This document shows, piece after piece, positions 12,701 through 44,622 of a DNA stretch of 64,000 nucleotides. The notes beneath the pieces are model-generated. The model did not search any database. It had not been told where the DNA came from and saw only the letters and a list, made by a program, of their open reading frames with translations. Positions within the stretch are counted from its first letter, which is position 1. Each line of letters starts with the position of its first letter. Source of the DNA: Macrostomum lignano (taxonomy: Eukaryota); NCBI GenBank assembly GCA_002269645.1, contig NIVC01000366.1, forward strand, positions 124,001 to 188,000, written 5' to 3'. Position numbers and translations under genes: made by a program.

Positions 12701-15700
12701 AGCCCCTGGTGCTAAAGCCCCTGGTGCTAAAGCCCCTGGTGCTAAAGCCCCTGGTGCTAAAGCCCCTGGTGCTAAAGCCCCTGGTGCTAAAGCCCCTGGT
12801 GCTAAAGCCCCTGGTGCTAAAGCCCCTGGTGCTAAAGCCCCTGGTGCTAAAGCCCCTGGTGCTAAAGCCCCTGGTGCTAAAGCCCCTGGTGCTAAAGCCC
12901 CTGGTGCTAAAGCCCCTGGTGCTAAAGCCCCTGGTGCTAAAGCCCCTGGTGCTAAAGCCCCTGGTGCTAAAGCCCCTGGTGCTAAAGCCCCTGGTGCTAA
13001 AGCCCCTGGTGCTAAAGCCCCTGGTGCTAAAGCCCCTGGTGCTAAAGCCCCTGGTGCTAAAGCCCCTGGTCAATCGAAAAAAGTCTTGCTTACGCTCCCC
13101 TGGCACCCAGACTCACACCCTGATGATGCTGCTCCGCCCGATGCTGCAACAGGATCTGCACGCAGGCCTCTCGACCAGCCGCGGCAGCGCAGTGCAGCAG
13201 ACTGAATCGGCTCCAATTAAGTCGGTGTCGGCCGGCCCGACAACCTCGAGACAACAGCAGGTTCAAGCTAGTCACGTGACCTCCAGCAGCTGCCCAGTGC
13301 AGCGGAGCGAAGCCACAAGCGTCGACAGAGTCGGCAAAGCAGTTCGACACTTTAACAATGTCAGCAGCATCCAGCAGTCGGGCAATGGCGTCGACATGGC
13401 CACCGGCGGCCGCCAGGTGCAGCGGCTGGCGGCGAAGGCGCGGCTCGATGATGTCGGGCCGGGCGCCGGCGGAGAGCAGCTGGCCGACGCAGGCGACGTG
13501 ACCGCAGGCGGCGGCGCGGTGCAGCGACGTCAAGCCGTTGAAATCGGTTGCGTCGGGCTGGGCGCCAGCCTTAAACCAATTTTTGAGTTCACTTACTATA
13601 GAACTCTAAAACGGCCCATTTTAGCACTGATCAGCTGCCCACTCCGCTGGCTCCTGAGCACATGCAAGCGCGCCAAGTGTACGCAGGCACGCACTCGCTC
13701 ACACCGGGTGTACAGCGGCTCTGACCTGACTTTCTAATCATCGGCATGCACCCTCTCTGCGTCCTGAAGGGGTTGGCCCTCATGCTTTTCTCCTTCCAAA
13801 CCAATGAATTTCGCCTCACCTCAAGCAGGACTTTCACGGCCTCCTCGTGGCCATTCTGCGCCGCCAGCATCAGCGGTCGGCGCCCGGTCGAGTCGGCGGC
13901 TTCGACAGCGGCCGAGACGCTCGCGCTGGCCAGAGCGGCACTCCGCCCAGCCGCAGCTGTTAGTAGGGCACGAAGGACGACAGCGTGGCCGCCGGCAGCA
14001 GCGTAGTGCACCGCCGACCACTGTCGGGACCGATCGCGTACGTCGCCAACGGCGTAGTCGTCGGCGAGTAGGACTCGGACTGTGGACAGGCAGCCTCTGG
14101 GGTTGCGTGGCATGGGGAGGAGGGGTTGGCATGGTGTCTGCTTGCGTCGCATCTCTTTTGGAACTTGTGCGATTCTTGTGGGCGCTTGGCTTGTGGGTGT
14201 CGTGGGGTTCACAGCCATGAATGCCAGACCCACAAGGCACAAAGGCTGTACATGCCTGACGATAAGAAAGTCAGGGCCGCTGTACACCCTGTGTACAGGA
14301 TGGGCGTAGCTCCCGTTTAAATAACGTCACGAGACGGAAACCTGCTCAAGGCGCCAAGCTACCAAAGCGCTCACCTGGCCGAAGCCAGGTGCAGCGGTGT
14401 CCGACCCTCGGCGTCGCCGCTTCCATCGAGCGCCATCGGCAGACGTCTGGCCAGCACCGCCAGCGCCTTCTCCCGACCGTGATAGGCCGCCAGATGCTGC
14501 GGATTGGCCGTCTCCGTCGCTGTCGAAGTCGAGGCGGCGGCGACCAACTTCGTCATTAGCGTCGCTTCGGCCAGCACCGCGGCGGCTTCGGCGGCGTCCG
14601 CTGCCGCGGCCAATGACGCCAGGGCGAAGTGCAACGGCAGGCGGCCGCGGTGGTTGCATCTGCCGGCGCCGCTGCCGTCGCAGGCGATGAGCCGGCGGAT
14701 GAGGCGCAGATCAGCTGACGCAGCCGCCAGATGCAGCGGTGTCCGACCCTCAGCGTCGGGTGCATCGGCCAGTCTAGCGTCGTGGCTCAGAAGCGCCAAG
14801 GCTGCGGCTTCATGACCTCTGGAATTGTTATTGATAAAGATGGCGAGTTTTGACGGTTTGGCTCGGCCCTTTCACAAGCAAATCGGCTCACCTAGCGGCA
14901 GCCAGGTGCAGCGGCGTCCGACCGGCGCAGTCAACGGCGCCAGCGTCCGCTCCCTGATCCAGCAGGTGCTGAACAACGTCAGCACGGCCAGCTGAAGCCG
15001 CAGCGTGCAGGCAGGTTCGGCCGTGTCGGTCGGCCCTGTCCAAACCGCTCTCGACGTCGGCCAGTCGCAGGCGCTGAACGCAGCCGAGGAAGCCGGTCAG
15101 ACTCGCCAGGTGCAGCGCTGTCAGACCGTCGGGCCCGGCCGGGGCGCCGACCGAGGCACCGGCACGGATCAGCGCCTCCAGCAGCAGCTAGTGACCGCCG
15201 AGTGCGCCGAAGCCTAGCGGCGAAAAGCCGGCGGAATCGACGGCGTCAACGCTGGCTCTGTCGGCCAGGAGGGTCTGGGCGCGGCTGGCGCGGCCGTGCA
15301 GCGCGGCCATGTGCAGCGGCGTCCGGCCGGCGCGGCAGCGGACGTGCACGTTGGCGAATTCATCGATGAGCCAGTCGAGACAGAGGGCCGAATGGGAGCC
15401 TTCGGTTTGGAGGGGTTGAAAATATCTTGCTAAAACAGCCACTTTGGTACCCTTTCTAACAGATATTTGGCGCCATTTCTGACACCTATATTAGCGCCAT
15501 ATCAGTAGACAACTGGAAATAACTATCCCGATACCAATTAAAAACTCGAACCCCCCCCAACTGTGCACCTGCCGCAGAAACGTGCATCGCAGTCTGGCCC
15601 AAATGATTGGTGGCTTCCAGATCCGCATCCGCCAACTCGTAGCACACATGATCGAAACCATTCAAGCACGCGAGGTGAAGCGGCGTGTTGCCAGCTCTAG

Positions 15701-17606
15701 TTGTCAGCTCGCAGTCCGCGCCAAGCGACACCAACAGTCTGACTGCCAGCACGTGACCGCAGGCGGCCGCCGCGTGCAGCGCCGTGAAGCCGAGCTCATC
15801 TGGCGCGTTCAAATCGGCGCCGTGACGAACCAGCAGTTCGAGCATCGCCTCGCTGCCATGGCAGGCGGCCCAGTGCAGCGGCCGGCGCTTCTGCCTGTCC
15901 TCGATGTTCACCAGCTCCGGCGCTTTCGTCAGCAGCAGCTGCGCCACCTCCGTCTGCCTGTTTAGCGCCGCGTGATGAAGCGCCGTGTGGCCGTCGCGAT
16001 CGACGCCGGTCAGGGCACCAGCGGGCAGGTGAGGCAACAGCAGCCAAGCGCAATCCACCGAACCGTGCGCTGCGGCCGCGTGTAGCGGCGTCTGCCAGCC
16101 ACGATCCCGACTGTTGGCATCCGCCTGGAGTAGGAGTGAGGTGGCTGTCTGGCGCTTTCGGATTGGTCGGAGGGGTCCAGAGGGTAGGAATTGGACAGAG
16201 GTGGCTGTCTGGCGCTTTCGGATTGGTCGGGTGGGGTACAGAGGGTAGGAATTGGACAGAGGTGGCTGTCTGGCGCTTTCGGATTGGTCGGTGGGGTCCA
16301 GAGGGCAGGAATTGGACAGAGGTGGCTGTCTGGCGCTTTCGGATTGGTCGGTGGGGTCCAGAGGGCAGGAATTGGACAGAGGTGGCTGTCTGGCGCTGTC
16401 CGATTGGTCGGTGGGGTCCAGAGGGTAGGAATTGGACAGAAGTGGCTGTCTGGCGCTTTCGGATTGGTCGGTGGGGTCCAGAGGGCAGGAATTGGACAGA
16501 GGTGGCTGTCTGGCGCTTTCGGATTGGTCGGTGGGGTCCAGAGGGCAGGAATTGGACTGAGGTGGCTGTCTGGCGCTTTCGGATTGGTCGGTGGGGTCCA
16601 GAGGGTAGGAATTGGACAGAAGTGGCTGTCTGGCGCTGTCTGATTGGACGGTGGGGTCCAGAGGGCAGGAATTGGACAGAGGTTGCTGTCTGGCGCTTTC
16701 GGATTGGTCGGTGGGGTCCAGAGGGTAGGAATTGGACAGAAGTGGCTGTCTGGCGTTGTCTGATTGGACGGTGGGGTCCAGAGGGTAGGAATTGGACAGA
16801 GGTGGCTGTCCGGCGCTGTCTGATTGGTCGGTGGGGTCCAGAGGGTAGGAATTGGACAGAAGTGGCTGTCTGGCGCTTTCGGATTGGTCGGTGGGGTCCA
16901 GAGGGCAGGAATTGGACAGAGGTGGCTGTCTGGCGCTTTCGGATTGGTCGGTGGGGTCCAGAGAGCAGGAATTGGACAGAGGTGGCTGTCTGGCGCTTTC
17001 GGATTGGTCGGTGGGGTCCAGAGGGTAGGAATTGGACAGAAGTGGCTGTCTGGCGCTGTCTGATTGGACGGTGGGGTCCAGAGGGTAGGAATTGGACAGA
17101 AGTGGCTGTCTGGCGCTGTCTGATTGGACGGTGGGGTCCAGAGGGTAGGAATTGGACAGAAGTGGCTGTCTGGCGCTGTCTGATTGGACGGTGGGGTCCA
17201 GAGGGTAGGAATTGGAATGGGGTGGGTGATTGATACTTGTAGTTCCTGATTGGTTGGTGGGGTCTAGAGATAAGATTCAGAGTAAGGTGGCTTACTATAG
17301 TGATATTCTCACCTGATAGTCTAGCAGAACCTGCGCGCACCCGGCCGATTTAGAGGCGCAGGCGCGGTGCAGCGGCGTCTGCCAGCCGGCGTCTTTGCAG
17401 TCGACATTGGCGCCGCTTTGCAGCAGCAGCCGGGCAATGTCTGGCTGGTCAACATGCGCCGCCGCGTGCAGCGCAGTTCGATGACCGGGGTCCTGTGCGT
17501 TCACGTCCTCTGTGTTGCAGTCAACGAGCAGGTTACGAACTTCGTCCGTGCTCCCAGCCAGCGTTTTTAACAGCAGGTCGGGTACATGCTCAAATTCTTG
17601 AAGCAT
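9790..17606 (-). CDS. ANKRD28: PP6 regulatory ankyrin-repeat subunit (ANKRD28/44/52 family), about 1065 codons, with one in-frame TAG at 15190-15188. Exons 17606-17313, 16124-15569, 15399-14892, 14818-14375, 14096-13820, 13569-13117, 11291-10866, 10029-9790
   Basis: Continuous ankyrin repeats (TPLHxAA...GH). The N-terminus [36 protein letters not shown] and C-terminus [13 protein letters not shown]...[11 protein letters not shown] follow the ANKRD28/44/52 pattern as I recall it. All 7 introns are GT-AG with consistent phases; exon lengths sum to 3198 nt. Paralogue assignment within the family is not resolvable. May be a pseudogenised copy (see findings). Confidence 0.88.
10035..10800. repeat. 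(GGGTTT)n hexamer array with higher-order blocks, ankyrin intron 7
   Basis: A tcaggatcagggtcagtgtcaggg block recurs at about 10146, 10345 and 10506. Confidence 0.96.
11348..13070. repeat. 15-bp minisatellite (CCCCTGGTGCTGGCG changing to CCCCTGGTGCTAAAG), ankyrin intron 6
   Basis: Direct inspection. Confidence 0.97.
13634..13755 (-). mobile_element. SINE family 2 3' fragment
   Basis: ctgcccactccgctggctcctgagca...caagcgcgcc...gggtgtacagcggc...ggcatgcac matches the family 2 body in the same orientation as the full copies. Confidence 0.6.
14245..14300 (+). mobile_element. SINE family 2 fragment, opposite orientation
   Basis: Reverse complement gggtgtacagcggccctgactttcttatcgtcaggcatgtaca matches 13700-13750 and 48575-48620. 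Confidence 0.55.
16130..17225. repeat. 60-bp tandem repeat, about 18 copies, ankyrin intron 1
   Basis: Unit gtggctgtctggcgctttcggattggtcggtggggtccagagggtaggaattggacagag; vertical alignment in the 60-nt rows. Confidence 0.97.
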
Positions 17607-17624
17607 CGCTTCTTCTGCGGCTTC

Positions 17625-17960
17625 TGGTGGGTGTTTGCTGGCCTCTGATTGGCTGGAGAAGTGAAGAAGAGCGAGTTGGATTGAGGTGGGTATTTGCTGG
17701 CCTCTGATTGGCTGGAGAAGTGAAGAAGGGCGAGTTGCATTGAGGTGGGTGTTTTCTGGCCTCTGATTGGCTGGAGAAGTGAAGAAGAGCGAGTTGCATG
17801 GAGGTGGGTATTTGCTGGCCTCTGATTGGCTGGAGAAGTGAAGAAGAGCGAGTTGCATTGAGGTGGGTGTTTGCTGGCCTCTGATTGGCTAGAGAAGTGA
17901 AGAAGAGCGAGTTGGATTGAGGTGAGTGTTTGCTGAAGATGGCTGCTGATTGGCTGAAGA
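17625..17960. repeat. 59-bp tandem repeat with a CCAATCAG box, immediately upstream of the ankyrin ATG
   Basis: ctctgattggct starts at 17643, 17702, 17761, 17820 and 17879, with a degenerate sixth copy near 17944. Confidence 0.93.
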
Positions 17961-18399
17961 GGGTGAAAATATGCTGGATTGCCTGGGTACTTGTTAATAT
18001 CTCATAGGTTATGATGTCTGATAATTATGTCTGGAAGGCTGGGACTGACAATATTATGCAGCAGAATAGCTAAGTAAAACAACTCGTAAGTCACGAATTT
18101 TGGTATAATTACAGCTATTAAATAAAATAAACGGACGCTAAGCTTGTACGAGTATAATGATATTAAGTATCCATAATTGGTTACAATTGATGCAAGAAAG
18201 ATAATTTGTAAAATTTCTGGAAGCACATTAAAACCACAAAATAAAGAATTTCCACTTATTTTTTCAACAGATTATAAGAACGGTACAATTTGTATAAACT
18301 GGGGCTTAAGTACTAAAAACATAGGACACTAGCAGGTATTTTTATGAGCCTAGCGATATAAAGCCAACTCGTTGGGCTGGAGATCATGTAGGAGTCGAC

Positions 18400-18660
18400 A
18401 TGAGTGGGTGTCGGAGTGGGATGGGTGTCGGATTGGGGTGGGTGTCAGAGTTGGGTGGGTGTCGAAGTGGGGTAGGTGTCGGAGTGGGGTGGGTGTCAGA
18501 GTGGGTGAATGTTGGAGTGGGGTGGGTGTCGAAGTGGGGTGGGTGTCGGAGTGGTGTGGGTGTCAGAGTGGGGTGAATTTCGGAGTGGGGTGGGTGTCGG
18601 AGTGGGGTGGGTGTCACGGTGGAGTGAGTGTCGGAGTGGGGTGGGTGTTGGAGTGAGGTG
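18400..18660. repeat. About 17-bp G-rich minisatellite (TGGGTGTCGGAGTGGGG)
   Basis: Direct inspection; lies between CC2D2A 3' end and the ankyrin 5' end. Confidence 0.9.
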
Positions 18661-18745
18661 GTTTTAGCAGGCTTGGAGATACACGAAAATCACTGAATCT
18701 TAAAGTAGTTCCAGCAGTGAACTAATAAACAAATTACATGGCTTT

Positions 18746-18751
18746 TTTATT
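18746..18751 (-). promoter_or_regulatory. Putative polyadenylation signal AATAAA of CC2D2A
   Basis: tttatt on + strand, about 200 nt downstream of the TAA at 18958. Confidence 0.4.
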
Positions 18752-18957
18752 CGATATTTTTTGAAGTGAATATTTCTCTAGCGGAAGCAAGTTTGCAAAA
18801 AATGTAAACAAAAAAAGAAGATTTTGTAAGGGCAAATACTCTATCTGTTTAGCTGTGGAAGACAGACCAGCTGTAACAACGGACGGCTTCATTAGTCATT
18901 ACTTCGTAATAAAATGTCCGATAGACGAAAAAGCGTCATTTAAACAACTCGTACAAA

Positions 18958-38799
<19,842 letters not shown>

Positions 38800-41164
38800 A
38801 CTGTTGCTTTGTTTTACTTAGATACCGATCTGGTTGCACAGCGAAATTTAAATTAATATTTTTTAAGATTTTGAAATTCTCTCACTAACAATGCAGAAAA
38901 CTATTTATTAGGCTTAAATGAAGCCATAGTGTCTTCTATTTTTTGGAAAAAAAATTTAATGGCATAATGATATTTCAGTGCCAAATTAAACATTATTTCC
39001 TTAATTAACTAAATATTAATTTCAAGCCTAAAATATTTCACTTTCTATTACTAGAGCAAAAATCAATCAGGGAAGATGCAAATCTATACATTATCAGACT
39101 AGCATGTATTCCAAAATAAATTTTGTTCTGGGTTTTTTATTGCAGAGATGGACTCAAAAATTATAATATAGTTTTCAGAAATTTTATAGCAATTGTATCA
39201 AATTGCATTTAACTATAACCCCATTGCATTCTGCTTATAATAATGGATTCTGCTTTCTTTTATTCAAGGGGAAGAGGGCACTAATTCAAAATACATAGTT
39301 TTATGACCAATAACTCATTACTTAATTTAATGCTTTCTTCCATCATTAATTAGTAAACTAGCTTGTATAATTTTATGCTTAAGTTAATTAAATACGAAAG
39401 GCCACGAATACGATAAGAAATACGAATTTCTTATCGAAAAAGAATAATACACTCAAAACATTATCAAAAGTGTTAGTCCCAATATTTTTTTATGTCCTCA
39501 TAGCAAGTAATGGTTCTTTCTCGGTTATAAACACTGCCTGCGGTTCTGTGCCATAACATTTAAATTCTATTAGCTAATTGTTACAGGTGGCACATTCTAC
39601 CAAATAACGGAGCTTTAAAAAATTAAGTATTAAAAAGAAAACACTTCAAGCTTTCTTTAACGCAAAAAACTCAGTACGTTGCTATATAGGAAGAAGAAAA
39701 ACCAGCTCATAAAGCGGTGATTAAATGAGCGTCGAAATACCAGTTAAACGCGCAACTGACGCCTTACATTTTTACTATTTATTCAAACAAACTTAGCTTT
39801 TGCACCAAAAAGTAAAAAAAATTGTAATTATTTACAAAATTCCTATATTAAAAATGTAAGTAAGAGTTTCTTCACGTAAAATGTATAATATTTTGTTTTA
39901 AACAACTTTTGACAGTCCGTTTCGGAAGTTTCGTTATTTTAACGTACGCAAAAGTTGCCCAGGCCCCTGCAGCGCATCCGGTATTTGGAGACAAGGTCTG
40001 TTAGGCTTGTTGAAATTTACTTTAAATGGTTGAATGGATAATGTATCTATAATAATTTTCGAAGCTCAGCCTAAGTTTCAGTTGAAGCCTCAAAATACTC
40101 GAAAATTAAACAGAACTTAGATAATAGAAATGCATAGGAATTATAGTGTAGCATTGTATTATTGGTTTAAAGAAGAAATAAGGAATTGCTTAGTCATGTA
40201 AATATTATTTTAATCCAAACAAACTTTAAAACGAAAGCATCGTGTCGCACTGAAACCGTTTATTTATCAACGCGTTTCCGTTAGTTACAGGAAAATCTAA
40301 CTAAAATAGCATTATCAAATTTAAACACCTTGAAGTAAATTTACGACGTTGACTTTCCCGGTCCCGGTTGTTGGTTTAAAACAAATAATCAGATTCATTC
40401 GCAGAAAAAATGAAAATCGAGCGACTTACCAAACCCTTGATACAAAATATCTTTCAGCTTTTATCCTATGTAGTAAATGTTGTTAAATAGAAATGACCAG
40501 TCGTCTACCAGCATTAAAGCAATGTCTCAACTTTAAAAAAATAAATACTTCAAAATAAGGAAGTGAAATTATTGCAAGCAGACGGTACGGCGTAGTGTAA
40601 TTAGTGCAGTCAAGATAGCCGCAGGGAATCATATACAAGGAAATTTTTTTCAAAACATTTTTTACAAAAAATCTGGAGACAAAAAGAGTGAAGCTGTGAA
40701 AATAAAGGTAAAGATACACAAGACGGCAAATTATGTGTTTTGCATGTACACAAATGTCAATGATAAATGTGTAAAATCTAATGCGAAATGAAATCGGTAA
40801 ATTTCGACGCGCGATGAAAGAACTTCCAAACAGTTTAAAACAAACAAACGAAAGAAGACTGTAGCCCCTTTATTTACACAATTTAGGTATTTTGTACAGA
40901 TTTACAAATCAGAACGTCCCGACTCTCAAAAACAAGTAATATTCCTTCTTTTAAAAAAATATATCACAAAAAGAAATTACAATAGTGCAGCAGACAGCGC
41001 ACTTGTTTAAGAATAATTGATAAGGTGCTCAGAGGGAAATATATATAACGAATATATATATGCTTCTGAAGTCGGGCGCCGTTGTTGCCATTTTTATTCA
41101 AAAGGCCAAAAATTAGTTCAAGAAGTTCCAAGCTGTGCAGATAGACTTCTCTATATCTGAAGCT

Positions 41165-41922
41165 CTCCATGGCTTGGCTCAAGCACTCTTTCTACTCCAG
41201 ATGTTTGATAGGTCTAAAACTCCATGGCTTGGCTTAAGCACTCTTTCTACTCCAGATGTTTGATAGGTCTAGAACTCCATGGCTTGGCTCAAGCACTCTT
41301 TCTACTCCAGATGTTTGATAGGTCTAAAACTCCATGGCTTGGCTCAAGCTCTCTTTCTACTCCAGATGTTTGATAGGTCTAGAACTCCATGGCTTGGCTC
41401 AAGCACTCTTTCTACTCCAGATGTTTGATAGGTCTAGAACTCCATGGCTTGGCTCAAGCACTCTTTCTACTCCAGATGTTTGATAGGTCTAGAACTCCAT
41501 GGCTTGGCTCAAGCACTCTTTCTACTCCAGATGTTTGATAGGTCTAGAACTCCATGGCTTGGCTCAAGCACTCTTTCTACTCCAGATGTTTGATAGGTCT
41601 AGAACTCCATGGCTTGGCTTAAGCACTCTTTCTACTCCAGATGTTTGATAGGTCTAGAACTCCATGGCTTGGCTCAAGCTCTCTTTCTACTCCAGATGTT
41701 TGATAGGTCTAGAACTCCATGGCTTGGCTCAAGCACTCTTTCTACTCCATATGTTTGATAGGTCTAGAACTCCATGGCTTGGCTCAAGCACTCTTTCTAC
41801 TCCAGATGTTTGATAGGTCTAGAACTCCATGGCTTGGCTCAAGCTCTCTTTCTACTCCAGATGTTTGATAGGTCTAGAACTCCATGGCTTGGCTCAAGCA
41901 CTCTTTCTACTCCAGATGTTTG
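41165..41922. repeat. 55-bp tandem repeat, about 14 near-identical copies, downstream of YPEL
   Basis: ctccatggcttggctcaagcactctttctactccagatgtttgataggtctagaa; period 55 (41165, 41220). Confidence 0.97.
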
Positions 41923-42150
41923 ACAGAACTCCGTGAAACATTTTTAACACCGATCAATACAATAATATATACACAATGAAGCAGTCTTAGAGCTAACTTC
42001 AGATTCTATACACAGATTTCTATACTCGCTGGTATATACAAACACAAGCATTTAGGCGCTTAGTTGAAAATAAAAAAAACAGCCGCATCACGCACAACTC
42101 AGACCCGTCCGCAGACTCTCTCCCTGGACTGACTGAATGGATGAACATAC

Positions 42151-42531
42151 TCAAGACGAATTGCTGTCATCCGAGTCCCAGCCGTTGTCTTTAATCAGAT
42201 GGGCCAGTTCGATTATAAATTTGCCCTCTTTGTACTTTTGCGAGCTCTCAAACGCGTGCTCGTACTTCCAGCCTAGTGTTGTGCCGCAGCCTTGGCAGTG
42301 AATATCCGCTACGCTGTGCAGTCCAGTGAGCAGCACCCGCTCCTCAACTGGTCCAGTGGTGATGTTCACCACCCGGTCGAACAGGTAGGCCCTGCCCTGA
42401 CTGCCCTGGAAACTTTTGCTAATTAAATCGCAATGAGCGGCCAGGTGCGCCCGGCAGTGCACGCAGGCGTAGGTGCGGCCGCTGATGGTTGGCGACTCCG
42501 GCGAGAGGTACACTTGAAAGGTCTTGCCCAT
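42151..42531 (-). CDS. YPEL: Yippee-like protein (YPEL1-4 type), 126 aa, single coding exon
   Basis: Yippee zinc-binding pairs CVHC and CQGC; [60 protein letters not shown] to TGA uninterrupted. Confidence 0.96.
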   Translation of the reverse strand: MGKTFQVYLSPESPTISGRTYACVHCRAHLAAHCDLISKSFQGSQGRAYLFDRVVNITTGPVEERVLLTGLHSVADIHCQGCGTTLGWKYEHAFESSQKYKEGKFIIELAHLIKDNGWDSDDSNSS

Positions 42532-42594
42532 TGCGCCCCGGCTGCTGCGGATACGGGGAGAGATTTGGGACTGTAGACTGGCTGCTTGTCTTAC

Positions 42595-43045
42595 TGCCTG
42601 GTCTATCTACCAATCTGTCTGCCTGTCTATCTACTAATCTGTCTGCCTGGTCTATCTACCAATCTGTCTGCCTGTCTATCTACCAATCTGTCTGCCTGTC
42701 TATCTACCAATCTGTCTGCCTGTCTATCTACCAATCTGTCTGCCTGTCTATCTACCAATCTGTCTGCCTGTCTATCTACCAATCTGTCTGCCTGTCTATC
42801 TACCAATCTGTCTGCCTGTCTATCTACCAATCTGTCTGCCTGTCTATCTACCAATCTGTCTGCCTGTCTATCTACCAATCTGTCTGCCTGTGTATCTACC
42901 AATCTGCCTGTCTATCTACCAAAAATCAGCTTGTCTATCTACCAATCTGCCTGTCGATCTACAAATCTGTCTACCTACTAACCCACCTGTCTATGTACCA
43001 ATCTGCCTGTCCATCTGCCAATCTGCTCATCTATCTACCAATCTA
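42595..43045. repeat. 24-bp minisatellite (TCTACCAATCTGTCTGCCTGTCTA) upstream of the YPEL acceptor
   Basis: Period 24 (42661, 42685). Confidence 0.94.
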
Positions 43046-44409
43046 TGTGTTGTATCTACATAACTATATATTTGCTGCGAGCCCACCTTAACATCTCTTA
43101 AACTAAGAAACAGACCCCACAAAAAGCAAAACAGGTACTAAAGCACACACACAAGATACGGTACATATCTAGATACCATACATACAACAATATGAAGCCA
43201 GAGGACCCTGTTGCTACTTACCAATTAGGTATTAAAGAAGAAAGAAATTGGGTTGCTACGCAAGCCTTTATTACTGAACTATATAGCTAGCCTTCAAGCT
43301 TGAATAAGGCAGGTTAGGTAGGCAAAAGGTACCTCGCTCGCGGTGGTACTGCGGCCTGCTTAAAACATTGTAATAATAAGATAAGTAAGCCCAGCATTAT
43401 ATAGTACAGTCCAGGCCAAGGCCATTGAGGACAGGGTGGGTGAGTGAGGCAAGAGAGAAGTTGCCGGGGTAAACAGAAAAACAGGGGCGCTGGCTTCAGG
43501 GCAGAGAGAGAGAATGTACGCGCTCAAGTGTACACTCTGACTTGTACAGCTTTAACCGCCAGGGTCGGACGCCCTAGCAACAGCAGATTAGGAGAGGACA
43601 GAGAAGCGCAAAGGGATAGAGAAGCGGCTGTACAACTTGCGCTCTCCCCACCCCGTCATAGATTTGTCCTCATTTGCGCGAGAGAAATCAGCTGACTCGG
43701 GGGGGGGGGATCAGTCAGCTGGTCTAAAAATAGATCTTTAATAAAAACGGAGGGAAAGAGAGGCAAGGCAAGCAACCCAAGCTAACAAGTTCTTTTATGA
43801 AGTTCTAGTCACGTGATTGATAAGATCGATCGAAGGAGAGGACGAACAGTTGGAAAGCTCCATTCATAACGCTCATAGGAGTCGATCCCGTGACTGTGAA
43901 CACACAGTAAACTGTAAACACGCGCAGTCTTATCAATACGGAGGAGAGATGAAAGTGGAAATCATTTCTGACTGACCGAACGAACAACCGAATGACCTTT
44001 CAGTGTGCCCTGCGATCTACTAACAGGAATTTGTATTTTCCCTTATCCGCACAAAAGTACTTTCCGCTTTAGGCAGAGAAATTAGATATGTCAGGCATGG
44101 GAGACAGACAAGATAAGAACAATATCCCAAACTTAAGCAACCTGCCAACCTGCCCGTGTCCTTAACTCTACAACAATAACATTTAAAAACAATAATAAAG
44201 ACAATATTTTTATTCAACAAAATTCAGTATAGCTTTATAAGTCGATGAATTACATTGACCCTTGAAACAGTTTTTTAATAACAGATTTATTTATGAAACA
44301 TGAAGTTATGAAGAGATGACCTTTAAATGGTAATTTAAACATTCAATTGCATAAAAACCTAAGCAGAGGCAATTGCCATAATGACCGAGTGGCTGTCCGT
44401 CTGTCTGTC

Positions 44410-44433
44410 TATGCATAATCTATCTATCTATCG

Positions 44434-44486
<53 letters not shown>

Positions 44487-44487
44487 C

Positions 44488-44530
<43 letters not shown>

Positions 44531-44591
44531 CCTATCTATCTATCTATCTATCTTTCTATCTATCTATCTATCTATCTACCTATCTATCTAC

Positions 44592-44622
<31 letters not shown>

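Noticed and set aside
11269-13205. Collagen- or elastin-like GAKAP/GAP ORFs
   Set aside because: Translations of the 15-bp array inside ankyrin intron 6; the flanking exons splice in phase without it.
15188-15190. TAG reassignment (alternative genetic code)
   Set aside because: None of the five terminal stops is TAG, but this is the only internal TAG in more than 3500 reconstructed codons rich in GAG and CAG. Reassignment would predict many.
16130-17340. 514-aa and 365-aa repeat ORFs
   Set aside because: 60-bp intronic tandem repeat; the ankyrin frame is complete without it.
41165-41922. CRISPR-like array
   Set aside because: Units are contiguous with no unique spacers, there are no cas genes, and the context is eukaryotic. 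The same applies to the other arrays.
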